Positions 19,737-29,880 of a DNA stretch of 64,000 nucleotides are shown in pieces. The stretch is from Obrimoposthia wandeli (Eukaryota): positions 620,001-684,000 of the forward strand of contig CDROCS010000122.1 of assembly GCA_977020255.1 (NCBI GenBank). The letters are read 5' to 3'. The position numbers were made by a program, and so were the translations under genes. Each line of letters opens with the position of its first letter. The first letter of the stretch is position 1. The notes beneath the pieces were generated by a model. That model worked only from the letters and a program-made list of their open reading frames with translations. It did no database searches and was not told the origin of the DNA.

Positions 19737-22175
19737 TTAAGGCTGGTAGCTCTGGTGTAAATGGTAAACAGTTAACCCCGCAAGCAGCTCTTCATAGGTA
19801 GCAGGACCAATATACTTCACTTGTTTTTGATATTCAGGCACTAACGTAAAACTAGAGTCATCAAAGCGCCCTTCTCCTGCATATTCTAGGTGAACAAAGA
19901 AAGCAGGATGCGCACAATTAAGCATGACATAAAGCTGGTTATTGATATCAGCAACTTCATAACGCAATTCAGGGGCTGCCAATTCACAATGCTTAGGCCT
20001 TAAAGGGAAATAAGTATTCTCTATCACCTCTTGCCCACAGGTTAAGTGCACATGAAAAAAACCATCCGCTTCATGCTGTTGTAAATCATCTGCCAACCAT
20101 TGCCATACCACCACATTTTCATCGGGTTTCAGGTATTGCGTTATTGGTTCGCGGTGTAAGATTTCACCTTGCCAGCTTTGCCACACTACCTCACCTTTAA
20201 GTTCAGCGCTTTTTCGAGAGTCATTAATCAGATGCAAACCAACCCCGCTGTCATCCGGCATAAATGCAGCCAATTGCGGCGCAAAAAAACGACGAGCATG
20301 GTAATGCAGTTGTTTCCATCGGCCACCGTATTCTAATGATGACCATGAGCTCACTGGCCAACAATCATTCAGTTGCCAATATAAAATACCGCGATTAATT
20401 GGCTTTTGGGCACGCCAATATTCACTGGCCGTTTTAATCGCAATAGCTTGTTGTACTTGGCTAACATACAACATATTGGCGAAGCCATTAGGAAAACGGA
20501 AGTAGCGGGTAAACATCTCGGTAATAATCGAATTTCCTCGAGCATTTTTTTGATGCGATTCAAAGCTCGGGGAGGTAACATTCCAGTCTTTTTCTGGTGC
20601 AAACGTGCGTACCGTTGGCAATGATGGCCACGATTGAAAACCAAACTCAGAGCAAAATCTGGGCTTCACACTGCGATATTCTTCAAGATCCTTGCCTGAA
20701 TGCCACACATCCCAAAAATGCATATCACCACAGTGATCATCATGCCACGCATCACCAAAATCTAACTCCCCATTACACGGAGAACTCGCCCAAAAACGAC
20801 GAGAAGGATCTTCACGTGTGACAACATCGGATAATGCACGATTGAGTCGGTCGTAATTCACTACATATTTTTCACGGTTCTCACGAGATTCGGGGTACCA
20901 CCCAATAGCACCGAGCACTTCGTTATCGCCACACCATAAAACCAGTGAAGGGTGATCCTTTAAACGCCTAACTTGCCATTCCACTTCAGCTTGTACTTCC
21001 GTAATAAAATCCGGTGTTGATGGGTACAGCGCACATGCAAACATCAAATCTTGCCAAACCAGCAAACCTAGCTCATCACACAGTTGATAAAAAATATCTT
21101 TTTCATACATGCCACCGCCCCATACACGCAACATATTCATGTTGGCGGCAACCGCATCTTCAAGTAACTGTCGGTAACGCTGATCATTCATCCTGCTTGG
21201 CAGTGCATCCATAGGAATCCAATTCGCACCTTTGGCACTGATCGGCACATCATTTACCTTAAATACCATGCCCTGACCGATGTCATCATCTTCAGTGCAC
21301 AATTCAAGTTTACGAAGGCCTATTTTTTTATTGATATGGAAATCATTAACCACAACCTGTAAATCATACAGTCGCTGCTTACCGTAACCAGCTGGCCACC
21401 AACGTTTAGGGTGATCCACCCTAAATAGCACCGTTGATTGGGTCGATTTTTGATCCAGCGCTAAATGATACGTTTGCCCATCAAATGAAACAGATGCGGA
21501 TGCTAACCCCGAATTAGGCATCGACTCGTAATGAATCGTAACTTCAAGCTCACAACGCCAATCATCCCAATGTTGCTCGGTACTTACATGGCTCACACGC
21601 ACCTGTTGAATAGGCTGAAGCAAAATATCGCCATAAATACCGATGACAGATAAACAAAGCCCCCAATCCCACCCTGTATGGCATTGCGTTTTTCGCAGGG
21701 TATTCATATGAGGGATCTGGTTGTTACCGACAGCCCATGGAATGGGGAAAGGTAAGCGATCTGCACGATTTTTAGCCACAATATCCGCACGATGTAATAC
21801 GATTTCAATCCGATTATTACCCACTAATAAGCAGGGCAAAATATCCACTTTATGACGCATAAACATATTATGAAAATCAGCAACACTGTGACCATTAACC
21901 CGAATTTCAGCCACGGTATCGAGATTATCTAACACCAAGTCTAACGCCTTGCAGGCTATGTCATCCTCTGTCAGTTCAAAATGGCGTGAGACGACCCAAT
22001 CACATTCACTGACCCATTGCACTTTGGCTTCGTTATCAGCCCAGTACGGTTCAGGAATAATGCCAGCATCCAACAATGCTGAATGTATGTCACCAGGAAA
22101 TGAAATAGCGATATCTTGAATTGAATGACGCTGAACACAAGTCAGTAACCACTGACCATTTAAAGAGATTGTCAT
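19737..22175 (-). CDS. GH2 beta-mannosidase, no signal peptide seen
   Basis: WDWG, KGANWIP, NMNMLRVWGGG, WCGDNE and SEFGFQS motifs; start at MTISLNGQW. Confidence 0.88.
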   Translation of the reverse strand: MTISLNGQWLLTCVQRHSIQDIAISFPGDIHSALLDAGIIPEPYWADNEAKVQWVSECDWVVSRHFELTEDDIACKALDLVLDNLDTVAEIRVNGHSVADFHNMFMRHKVDILPCLLVGNNRIEIVLHRADIVAKNRADRLPFPIPWAVGNNQIPHMNTLRKTQCHTGWDWGLCLSVIGIYGDILLQPIQQVRVSHVSTEQHWDDWRCELEVTIHYESMPNSGLASASVSFDGQTYHLALDQKSTQSTVLFRVDHPKRWWPAGYGKQRLYDLQVVVNDFHINKKIGLRKLELCTEDDDIGQGMVFKVNDVPISAKGANWIPMDALPSRMNDQRYRQLLEDAVAANMNMLRVWGGGMYEKDIFYQLCDELGLLVWQDLMFACALYPSTPDFITEVQAEVEWQVRRLKDHPSLVLWCGDNEVLGAIGWYPESRENREKYVVNYDRLNRALSDVVTREDPSRRFWASSPCNGELDFGDAWHDDHCGDMHFWDVWHSGKDLEEYRSVKPRFCSEFGFQSWPSLPTVRTFAPEKDWNVTSPSFESHQKNARGNSIITEMFTRYFRFPNGFANMLYVSQVQQAIAIKTASEYWRAQKPINRGILYWQLNDCWPVSSWSSLEYGGRWKQLHYHARRFFAPQLAAFMPDDSGVGLHLINDSRKSAELKGEVVWQSWQGEILHREPITQYLKPDENVVVWQWLADDLQQHEADGFFHVHLTCGQEVIENTYFPLRPKHCELAAPELRYEVADINNQLYVMLNCAHPAFFVHLEYAGEGRFDDSSFTLVPEYQKQVKYIGPATYEELLAGLTVYHLHQSYQP

Positions 22176-22311
22176 TACGCGCTCCAGAAAAACCAACGAC
22201 CATATAATAAGATGAGAATGAGATTAAAATGAGGGGCAAACGCAAGCTATAAGATATTAATGTGTCGAAATAGAGATGATAATTCTATCTCTGTGAGCGG
22301 AGTAAAGGCTT

Positions 22312-22466
22312 TATACCCAAGCTACCTCAAGATGCAGGATTCAGAGTGATCTCAGCGTATTTAATTCAAGGAAAATGTGTGTAGGAATGGCATTCCCTTT
22401 CAAACACATTTGACACAGAAGTAGATACGCTGAATCACTCCCGAAGGGCGAGTTTTGTTGGGTATA
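22312..22466. mobile_element. ERIC-like miniature inverted-repeat element (155 bp)
   Basis: Terminal IRs TATACCCAA/TTGGGTATA with TA ends, plus nested IRs GAGTGAT(C)TCAGCGTAT/ATACGCTGAATCACTC and AAATGTGT/ACACATTT. Confidence 0.8.
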
Positions 22467-22556
22467 CAATATTAGCGACGTTAACCGATGTTCGACTCAA
22501 ATTACAGACAGAAAAAAACCGACTTAAGTCGGCTTCTTTTTAACTAATGATAAACC

Positions 22557-22964
22557 TTAAGCTTCTGGCTTATCTTCTGACTCATCTTCTTCGTCATCTT
22601 CATCTGACTCGAAATAAGTGCCCCAGCCGTCATAATCAATATCATGTTTATCAGCAAGCGCAATTAGCTTTTCAGTTTGTTCGTCAATAAGTTCAGCATT
22701 AAGTGCTGACTCCATTACAGCATCAAAGCAAACAACTTTGCCGCCACCATCTTCAGGAGCTAGCTCAAGTTCTTCAGCTTCAAGTACTTCAAAGCCCATT
22801 TTAAATGCTTCTACTGCAGCAGCTTCTAGTTCAGCAAATGTATCAGCCGAGAAGTGGTGCTCAATCGTATAAAGTGCTTCAGGCTCGCTACCATCTTCCA
22901 GCAATGCTGCAATAATATCGCGGGTTTCTTCCTTTTGCTCTTCAATCAGTTCTGCATAAGACAT
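22557..22964 (-). CDS. rraB: Regulator of ribonuclease activity B
   Basis: [22 protein letters not shown] and YDGWGTYFE motifs; acidic tail. Confidence 0.95.
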   Translation of the reverse strand: MSYAELIEEQKEETRDIIAALLEDGSEPEALYTIEHHFSADTFAELEAAAVEAFKMGFEVLEAEELELAPEDGGGKVVCFDAVMESALNAELIDEQTEKLIALADKHDIDYDGWGTYFESDEDDEEDESEDKPEA

Positions 22965-23054
22965 GGGATAACTCCAATAGAGGAATAAATTTGCTGGCAA
23001 ATATCGCATGGATTGATAGTAATTACCATCTGTTAGTCATACCCTTCAATAAAA

Positions 23055-23137
23055 TTGATCTTTATCAAAGTTTCTTCTGATTTCTCTCCTACCTTACGCA
23101 CACTTTTACTCATACGAAGAGTGAATAAATACCCACT
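23055..23137 (+). promoter_or_regulatory. Perfect FNR box, candidate -10 and ARG-like box
   Basis: TTGAT-CTTT-ATCAA (23055-23068); TACCTT (23090-23095) at class II spacing; AGTGAATAAATACCCACT (23120-23137). Confidence 0.65.
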
Positions 23138-23390
23138 CTATTCACTTTTAAAAAAATGGAAATCTACGACTTATTGAAAAAAAACGCATAGACACGCGCT
23201 TAACGATAACGGCATAAAAAGACATAGACGCCTTATAACCACCGCTTAGCCGTATATTCCCATATCGCGTTACGCATAAAACCAATTACCATAAAATATG
23301 ACTAAAAACATATTCACCCAGTAATTGTCGCAAAATACCCGAAACAACAAGCATCATCGTCGGTTAAGCCAAAATACAGTGCCAGAAAAA

Positions 23391-23690
23391 TGTGAACAAC
23401 CCCAAAGTTAACATGCCCTCAGAAGACTAAAATCAGGGCGCAAAACAAAACAAAACAAAACAGACTCGATGGCAATCAAGACTATTGAGCTACAAATAAA
23501 TACAGAGAGATACGATCATGAATACATCAGATGCCGATCCTGAGGCTGAGCAGTTACGCTGCATTACTGATCCCATAGGGTAAAACCCCACCCTCGACAT
23601 CCAGAATACTTTTACTGAGCATATGCTTGGCAAACCCTTTTACGCCTAATTTCTGATGCGGCGTGCTGGTTTACACCGAATGCTAAAAAT
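23391..23690 (+). pseudogene. Decayed duplicate of the arcA promoter and 5' end; mini-ORF 23518-23583
   Basis: 18-bp identity AGAGAGATACGATCATGA with 26093-26110; MNTSDADPEAEQLRC aligns codon-by-codon with Arc[16 protein letters not shown]; TGTGA and -10 spacing similar to arcA. Confidence 0.7.
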
Positions 23691-23717
23691 ATATGCATAA
23701 GGTGCAAGGAGACAATT

Positions 23718-25163
23718 ATGACGACTCAAACCGTAAACAAGGAAGAAAAAGGTGGCTTCTTTGCCAACTTCAAATTCCCTTCAGCCTACACAATATTATT
23801 TGGTCTTATCGCCGTAGTCGCACTACTTACTTGGGTTATACCCGCCGGTCAATATGATCGTGAAATGAATGAGAGCCTTGGAAAAGAAGTGCCTATTACA
23901 GGTACTTATCATGCGGTTGAGGGTAACCCACAAGGTATTGTCGATGTATTGTTAGCGCCTATTGATGGCTTCTATGATCACAATAGCTATGAAGCAGCAG
24001 CGATTGATGTTTCTTTATTTATTTTGATTATCGGTGGTTTTCTTGGTCTAGTTACTAAGACTGGTGCTATTGATGCAGGTATCGAACGCGTTACTGCTCG
24101 GTTAGATGGGCGTGAGGAGTTAATGATACCGATTCTTATGGCATTGTTTGCGGCCGGCGGTACCATCTATGGTATGGCAGAAGAATCATTACCTTTTTAT
24201 ACGTTACTTGTTCCAGTTATGCTGGCTGCACGTTTTGACCCAGTTGTCGCCGCTGCAACCGTTTTACTAGGTGCTGGTATCGGTACACTTGGTTCAACCA
24301 TTAACCCTTTTGCCACTGTTATTGCAGCAAACGCAGCGGGTATTCCATTCACTGATGGTATCGGTCTACGTATCGCAATGTTGGTTGTGGGCTGGTTAAT
24401 CTGTGTTGCTTACGTTATGCGTTATGCAAAAATGGTTCGTGCAGATAAAACTAAATCAATTGTTTATGATAAGTACGAAGAAAACATTGCGCACTTCCTA
24501 GGTAATCGTTCTAGCGAAATGCTTGAGTTCACAACAACACGTAAAATTATCTTAGCGCTTTTTGCTGCCTCTTTCGGCATCATGATTTACGGTGTGTCTG
24601 TTGCAGGCTGGTGGATGGCTGAAATTTCAGCGATGTTCCTTGGCGCGACCATCATCATCGGTATCATAGCTCGCATGAGTGAAGAAGAGTTCACCACCAG
24701 CTTCATTGATGGTGCACGTGACCTATTGGGTGTTGCACTGATCATCGGTATCGCACGTGGTATCGTGGTTATCATGGACCGTGGTATGATCACAGATACC
24801 ATTCTAAACTCAGCAGAACATGCGGTAACAGGTCTGTCTTCTGTTGTGTTCATCAACGTGATGTACTGGTTAGAAATCTTACTATCATTCCTTGTTCCAT
24901 CATCTTCAGGTCTTGCTGTATTAACCATGCCTATCATGTCGCCATTGGCTGACTTCGCAGGTGTTGGACGTGAACTTGTTGTGACTGCATACCAATCAGC
25001 ATCTGGGGTCGTTAACCTAGTAACACCTACCTCTGCTGTTGTAATGGGTGGCTTGGCTATCGCTCGTGTTCCTTATGTTCGCTGGGTTAAATGGGTAGCT
25101 CCTCTACTTGGTATTCTTATTGTTCTTACAATGGTTATGTTAAGTGTTGGCGCAATGCTATAG
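23718..25163 (+). CDS. YfcC-family transporter, probable arginine/ornithine exchanger
   Basis: FKFPSAYTIL, LLTWVIPAGQY, GMAEE and VPSSSGLAVLTMPI motifs; adjacent to the arc genes. Confidence 0.85.
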   Translation: MTTQTVNKEEKGGFFANFKFPSAYTILFGLIAVVALLTWVIPAGQYDREMNESLGKEVPITGTYHAVEGNPQGIVDVLLAPIDGFYDHNSYEAAAIDVSLFILIIGGFLGLVTKTGAIDAGIERVTARLDGREELMIPILMALFAAGGTIYGMAEESLPFYTLLVPVMLAARFDPVVAAATVLLGAGIGTLGSTINPFATVIAANAAGIPFTDGIGLRIAMLVVGWLICVAYVMRYAKMVRADKTKSIVYDKYEENIAHFLGNRSSEMLEFTTTRKIILALFAASFGIMIYGVSVAGWWMAEISAMFLGATIIIGIIARMSEEEFTTSFIDGARDLLGVALIIGIARGIVVIMDRGMITDTILNSAEHAVTGLSSVVFINVMYWLEILLSFLVPSSSGLAVLTMPIMSPLADFAGVGRELVVTAYQSASGVVNLVTPTSAVVMGGLAIARVPYVRWVKWVAPLLGILIVLTMVMLSVGAML

Positions 25164-25205
25164 CCCTTAATAAAAACGATTTATAATCGAAACCTCTTAA
25201 CTTTA

Positions 25206-25230
25206 AAGCCACCTCTGGGTGGCTTTTTTA
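25206..25230 (+). terminator. Terminator after the YfcC gene
   Basis: AAAGCCACC-TCTG-GGTGGCTTTTTT. Confidence 0.8.
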
Positions 25231-25284
25231 TTTCTACTCATCTTATCAATTCGTGCGCTTGCCTTCCTAATACACTCCGTCTCT

Positions 25285-25356
25285 TTCCTTATGACGAAGG
25301 AACCTCTTAAAACTAAGACATCTCTTATGACCAAAGCATCGCTTAGGACTAATCTA
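25285..25356. repeat. Four-unit imperfect 18-bp tandem array
   Basis: TTCCTTATGACGAAGGAA / CCTCTTAAAACTAAGACA / TCTCTTATGACCAAAGCA / TCGCTTAGGACTAATCTA; 9 invariant columns. Confidence 0.65.
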
Positions 25357-25958
25357 CTGCCTGCTTACTTAACCCTCCCCACGATCACGCACAATAACAG
25401 GCGATAAAGAACCAATTGCTTTATATTTTAGAATACGTTGTTATTTCCAACTCTCTCAGTCTAATAAGCTAATCTCACTTCATTTAATAAAAACTTACGC
25501 CAATAAAATCACCACCAACATTTCAAAATTAAAATTAAAATTAAAATGCTAAATCAATAAGCAAAGGTAAATAAAGCCACCATCGTAAAATAACAATTAG
25601 AAGTAAATAATGGTTATTTTAATGCATAAGACAATCATGAATTAAAACCACAAAAACGTGTTACAACACAATAAAAAGAAAAATATTTGTTACTATTATA
25701 TTAAATGTAACCTTTTATCTATATAAGCAACCACTTTAAGTGCATAAGATTATTTTTTATACAAAATCAAACGAATGTCAGTATTGAATAAAACATCTAA
25801 CAAAAAATCAATGGCGCATAAAATCAATGACTTATATCTAGCATGTTACGCATTAAGTTGATTTAATCACATAAAAATCCACGCCTAAAAACCACGTGCA
25901 AATGCATGATTAATGTTAATAAAACCGACACCTTAGCTTGGTGTATTAATGAGTAAAG

Positions 25959-26000
25959 TGTGACAAACCTCTAAGACTCCTATTAGTGAAAGAGTAGAAT
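25959..26000 (+). promoter_or_regulatory. Candidate CRP class II promoter of arcA
   Basis: TGTGA-CAAACC-TCTAA (25959-25974) and -10 TAGAAT (25995-26000). Confidence 0.55.
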
Positions 26001-26106
26001 TAATTACAGAAACGAAGCGAAGGATTTAATTAAATTAACTTTCGATTTCGCAAAAACAAATAAAGCTGACGATATTAAGTTGGCATAAAAATAGAGAGAT
26101 ACGATC

Positions 26107-27327
26107 ATGAGTAAGTTCTATGTAGGTTCTGAAGTAGGTCAATTACGTCGCGTTCTAGTTCACCGTCCAAGACGCTCACTAAGCCACTTAACACCATCTA
26201 ACTGCCACGACTTATTATTTGATGACGTGCTAGCAGTAGAACGTGCAGGTAAAGAGCATGATGTATTTACAAAAACATTGCGTGATCAAGGTGTAGAAGT
26301 TTTGCTTCTAACTGACCTTCTTGCTGATACATTAGCAGTTGCAGAAGCTAAAGAGTGGTTGTTAACTAGTCAAGTATCTGATTACCGTTTAGGTGCTACA
26401 TTTGCTAATGACGTACGCTGCTACCTAGGTGATTTACCCAACATCGACCTTGCTAAAATCTTAACTGGTGGTTTGTCTTACGCTGAAATGCCAATGAAAT
26501 CATCTTCTATGATGCAAGGCATACACGCTCCAACAGACTTCATCATTGAACCACTACCGAATCACCTATTTACTCGTGATACATCTTGCTGGGTATACGG
26601 CGGCGTTTCTATCAACCCAATGGCTAAAGCGGCTCGTCAACGTGAAACTAACCACGTTCGTGCAATCTACCGCTGGCACCCAACGTTCGCTGGTGCTGAC
26701 TTCGTTAAGTACTACGGCGACGAAGAAAAAATGTACGACAACTCTACAATTGAAGGCGGCGACGTACTGGTTATTGGTAAAGGCGCTGTACTTATCGGTA
26801 TGTCTGAGCGTACAACACCACAAGGTGTTGAACAGCTAGCATCAGGTCTATTCAAGCACGGTCAAGCAAAACAAGTTATTGCAATGCAGCTTCCTAAGCA
26901 CCGCTCTTGCATGCACTTAGATACAGTAATGACGCACATGCGTGAAGATACATTCTCTGTTTACCCAGAAGTTGTACGTAAAGACGTACAGTGCTGGAGC
27001 CTAACGGGTGATGAGTCTGGTGCAGTTAGCGTGAAAGAAGAAGGTTACTTCGTTACTGCTATCGAAAAAGCACTAGGCGTAGACAAGCTAAACCTAATCA
27101 CAACTGGCGGTGACAACTTCACTGCAGAACGTGAGCAATGGAATGATGCAAACAACGTACTAACTGTGAAGCCTGGTGTAGTCATTGGTTACGAAGGTAA
27201 CACTTACACTAACGAAAAATACGACAAAGCAGGTATCACTGTTCTACCTATCCCAGGTGATGAACTAGGCCGCGGTCGTGGTGGTGCTCGCTGCATGAGT
27301 TGCCCAATCGAACGTGACGGTATCTAA
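26107..27327 (+). CDS. arcA: Arginine deiminase
   Basis: [28 protein letters not shown] and [12 protein letters not shown] motifs. Confidence 0.98.
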   Translation: MSKFYVGSEVGQLRRVLVHRPRRSLSHLTPSNCHDLLFDDVLAVERAGKEHDVFTKTLRDQGVEVLLLTDLLADTLAVAEAKEWLLTSQVSDYRLGATFANDVRCYLGDLPNIDLAKILTGGLSYAEMPMKSSSMMQGIHAPTDFIIEPLPNHLFTRDTSCWVYGGVSINPMAKAARQRETNHVRAIYRWHPTFAGADFVKYYGDEEKMYDNSTIEGGDVLVIGKGAVLIGMSERTTPQGVEQLASGLFKHGQAKQVIAMQLPKHRSCMHLDTVMTHMREDTFSVYPEVVRKDVQCWSLTGDESGAVSVKEEGYFVTAIEKALGVDKLNLITTGGDNFTAEREQWNDANNVLTVKPGVVIGYEGNTYTNEKYDKAGITVLPIPGDELGRGRGGARCMSCPIERDGI

Positions 27328-27447
27328 GCCATAGTCAAGTAAACCTTGAGCAATAAAAAGCTCAAGTGCAAAGCAGTAATGCTAAGCAAAGAATATGGCC
27401 GGTAGCAAATACCGGCCAATAAAAATAAAACCAAGAGAGACGATCCC

Positions 27448-28359
27448 ATGACCAAGCAAACTGTTGTTGTTGCACTTGGTGGTAACGCCCTACTACGTCG
27501 CGGCGAGCCATTAGAAGCATATATCCAGCGTCAGAACATTGCTACGGCAGCAAAATCTATCGCAGAAATTGCGAAAGAATATAACGTAGTGTTAGTACAC
27601 GGTAATGGCCCACAAGTTGGCTTATTAGCACTACAAGGGCTGGAATACACTAAAGTAAGCCCATACCCACTCGATGTGCTAGGTTCAGAAACCCAAGGCA
27701 TGATTGGTTATATCTTAATGCAAGAGTTGAAGAACCTTCTGCCAGAGCAGAACGTATCTTGCCTTGTGACACAGATGAGCGTTGATCCTGAAGATCCAGC
27801 GTTTGCAGACCCAACAAAGCCAATTGGCCCTGTTTACGATGAAGCAGAAGCACGCGAATTGGCAGAAAAATACAACTGGACAGTAAAACCAGATGGCGAG
27901 TACTACCGCCGTGTTGTGCCAAGCCCACAACCAACAGGCATTATTGAAGATGACGCTATCACAGCCTTAATTAACCTACAGCACCTAGTGATCTGTACGG
28001 GCGGTGGCGGCATCCCAGTGAAAAAAGAAAACGGTAAGTTAGTTGGTGTAGAAGCCGTTATCGACAAAGACATGTCAGCAGCATTCTTAGCTAAACAACT
28101 GAATGCCGATGCACTGTTAATTTTAACCGATGCAGACGCAGTGTTCCTTGATTGGGGCAAACCAACACAAAAAGCATTACGCAGTACAACACCAAGCGAA
28201 TTAGCGCAATACACCTTTGATGCGGGCTCTATGGGTCCAAAGATTGATGCTTCATGTGAGTTCATCAATCAAGGCGGAAAATTAGTCGGTATCGGCTCAC
28301 TGGAAGCAGGTCTACGCATCCTTAAAGGTGAAGCTGGTACAAATATTATTGCAGAATAA
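27448..28359 (+). CDS. arcC: Carbamate kinase
   Basis: VVALGGNALL, HGNGPQVG, AVIDKD and GSMGPK motifs. Confidence 0.97.
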   Translation: MTKQTVVVALGGNALLRRGEPLEAYIQRQNIATAAKSIAEIAKEYNVVLVHGNGPQVGLLALQGLEYTKVSPYPLDVLGSETQGMIGYILMQELKNLLPEQNVSCLVTQMSVDPEDPAFADPTKPIGPVYDEAEARELAEKYNWTVKPDGEYYRRVVPSPQPTGIIEDDAITALINLQHLVICTGGGGIPVKKENGKLVGVEAVIDKDMSAAFLAKQLNADALLILTDADAVFLDWGKPTQKALRSTTPSELAQYTFDAGSMGPKIDASCEFINQGGKLVGIGSLEAGLRILKGEAGTNIIAE

Positions 28360-28484
28360 CAGAATAGTTATTCACAAAGGCGCGATAATACGATAAACAA
28401 TACATAATACAGACCGACACTTTGCATTGTCACACATTAGACAAATCGTCGGTCAGTGATACTGATTCTTAAAAGGAAAACATC

Positions 28485-29495
28485 ATGGCTTTTAACCTTC
28501 GCAATCGTAACTTCCTAAAATTACTAGACTTTACTCCACGTGAAATTCAACACATGCTAGAACTAGCAGCTGAGTTGAAAAAAGCGAAGTATAACGGTTA
28601 CGAGCAGCCTCGCCTAAAGGGTAAGAACATTGCGCTTATCTTTGAAAAAGCGTCAACTCGTACTCGTTGTGCATTTGAAGTTGCTGCATATGACCAAGGC
28701 GCTAACGTAACTTACTTGGGCCCATCTGGTTCTCAAATCGGTTACAAAGAGTCAATGAAAGATACTGCACGCGTTCTTGGCCGTATGTACGATGGCATTG
28801 AATACCGTGGCTTCGGTCAAGAGATCGTTGAAACACTAGGCGCTCACGCTGGTGTTCCAGTATGGAATGGCCTAACAGACGAGTTCCACCCAACTCAAAT
28901 CCTAGCTGATTTCCTTACTATGCAAGAACACGCACGTGGTAAGCAACTAAGTGAAGTCACTTTCGCATACCTAGGTGATGCCCGCAACAACATGGGTAAC
29001 TCTCTAATGGTTGGTGCTGCGAAAATGGGCATGGACATCCGCCTTGTTGCTCCTAAAGCATTCTGGCCTGAAGAAGAGCTAGTAGCACAATGTCGTGAAA
29101 TCGCTGAAGAAACTGGCGCTAAAATCACAGTAACTGAAGACGTTCAAGAAGGCGTTGAAGGTTGTGATTTCCTATACACTGATGTTTGGGTATCAATGGG
29201 CGAAGCGAAAGAAGCATGGGCTGAGCGTATCAGCCTAATGATGCCTTACCAAATAAACATGGCTATGCTTAAAGCAACTGGCAACCCACATGTGAAATTC
29301 ATGCACTGCCTACCAGCATTCCACGGTGAAGACACTGTTGTTGGTAAAGAGCTTGCTCAAGAATACCCAGAACTAAAAGACGGCGTTGAAGTAACTGACG
29401 AAGTGGTTGAATCTAAGCACTCTATCGTATTCGACGAAGCTGAAAACCGTCTGCACACTATCAAAGCAATTATGGTAGCAACATTAGGTCAGTAA
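28485..29495 (+). CDS. arcB: Ornithine carbamoyltransferase (ADI cluster)
   Basis: STRTRC, HPTQ and FMHCLP motifs; follows arcA-arcC. Confidence 0.93.
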   Translation: MAFNLRNRNFLKLLDFTPREIQHMLELAAELKKAKYNGYEQPRLKGKNIALIFEKASTRTRCAFEVAAYDQGANVTYLGPSGSQIGYKESMKDTARVLGRMYDGIEYRGFGQEIVETLGAHAGVPVWNGLTDEFHPTQILADFLTMQEHARGKQLSEVTFAYLGDARNNMGNSLMVGAAKMGMDIRLVAPKAFWPEEELVAQCREIAEETGAKITVTEDVQEGVEGCDFLYTDVWVSMGEAKEAWAERISLMMPYQINMAMLKATGNPHVKFMHCLPAFHGEDTVVGKELAQEYPELKDGVEVTDEVVESKHSIVFDEAENRLHTIKAIMVATLGQ

Positions 29496-29706
29496 TCGAC
29501 TCTCTTGAGTTTTAAAGATTCGACGTAGAAACCCTTAAAACTCTTATAATTAATGCCGTCCTTCTGGGCGGCATTTGCATTTTATGCCAACCAGCACACT
29601 TCAAAATATCACTATAAACACCCATGTATTCAGTAGGTTATTATTCATTTTCCGTTAATGATAATACGCAGTATTTTTGCATAAAATCCCACAAAATGAA
29701 TAGTTT

Positions 29707-29744
29707 ACGCAAACGCTTGCGTTGCCAAAGAATGGGCGTATACT
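29707..29744 (+). promoter_or_regulatory. pyrBI promoter with overlapping PurR-like box
   Basis: ACGCAAACGCTTGCGT (29707-29722, 15/16 to the PurR palindrome) overlaps -35 TTGCGT; -10 TATACT at 29739-29744. Confidence 0.7.
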
Positions 29745-29775
29745 TCTTCGCAATTTGTCAAAACAGAGAGATGAA

Positions 29776-29880
29776 ATGAACCAACTAGTTAAATACCATT
29801 TAACTCAGTACCGCCGAAGATTGGCGTTGGTTTTATTTTCTTTTGTTTCTATTTATTTTAAAAAGAGCCTCCTTTTTTAA
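29776..29880 (+). CDS. pyrL: pyrBI leader peptide (34 aa)
   Basis: MNQLVKYHLTQYRRRLALVLFSFVSIYFKKSLLF* reads through U-rich tracts into the attenuator; analogous to enteric pyrL. Confidence 0.65.
   Translation: MNQLVKYHLTQYRRRLALVLFSFVSIYFKKSLLF

Noticed and set aside
22205-22290. Fur-like text upstream of the GH2 gene
   Set aside because: Only about 9/19 matches to the Fur consensus in AT-rich DNA
25285-25356. CRISPR interpretation of the 18-bp array
   Set aside because: No unique spacers, units too short and divergent, and no cas genes
25525-25547. (AAAATT)n simple repeat
   Set aside because: Short AT-rich microsatellite with no supporting function
25857-25875. TTGATTTAATCACA as an FNR or CRP site upstream of arcA
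   Set aside because: Spacing fits neither TTGAT-N4-ATCAA nor TGTGA-N6-TCACA well
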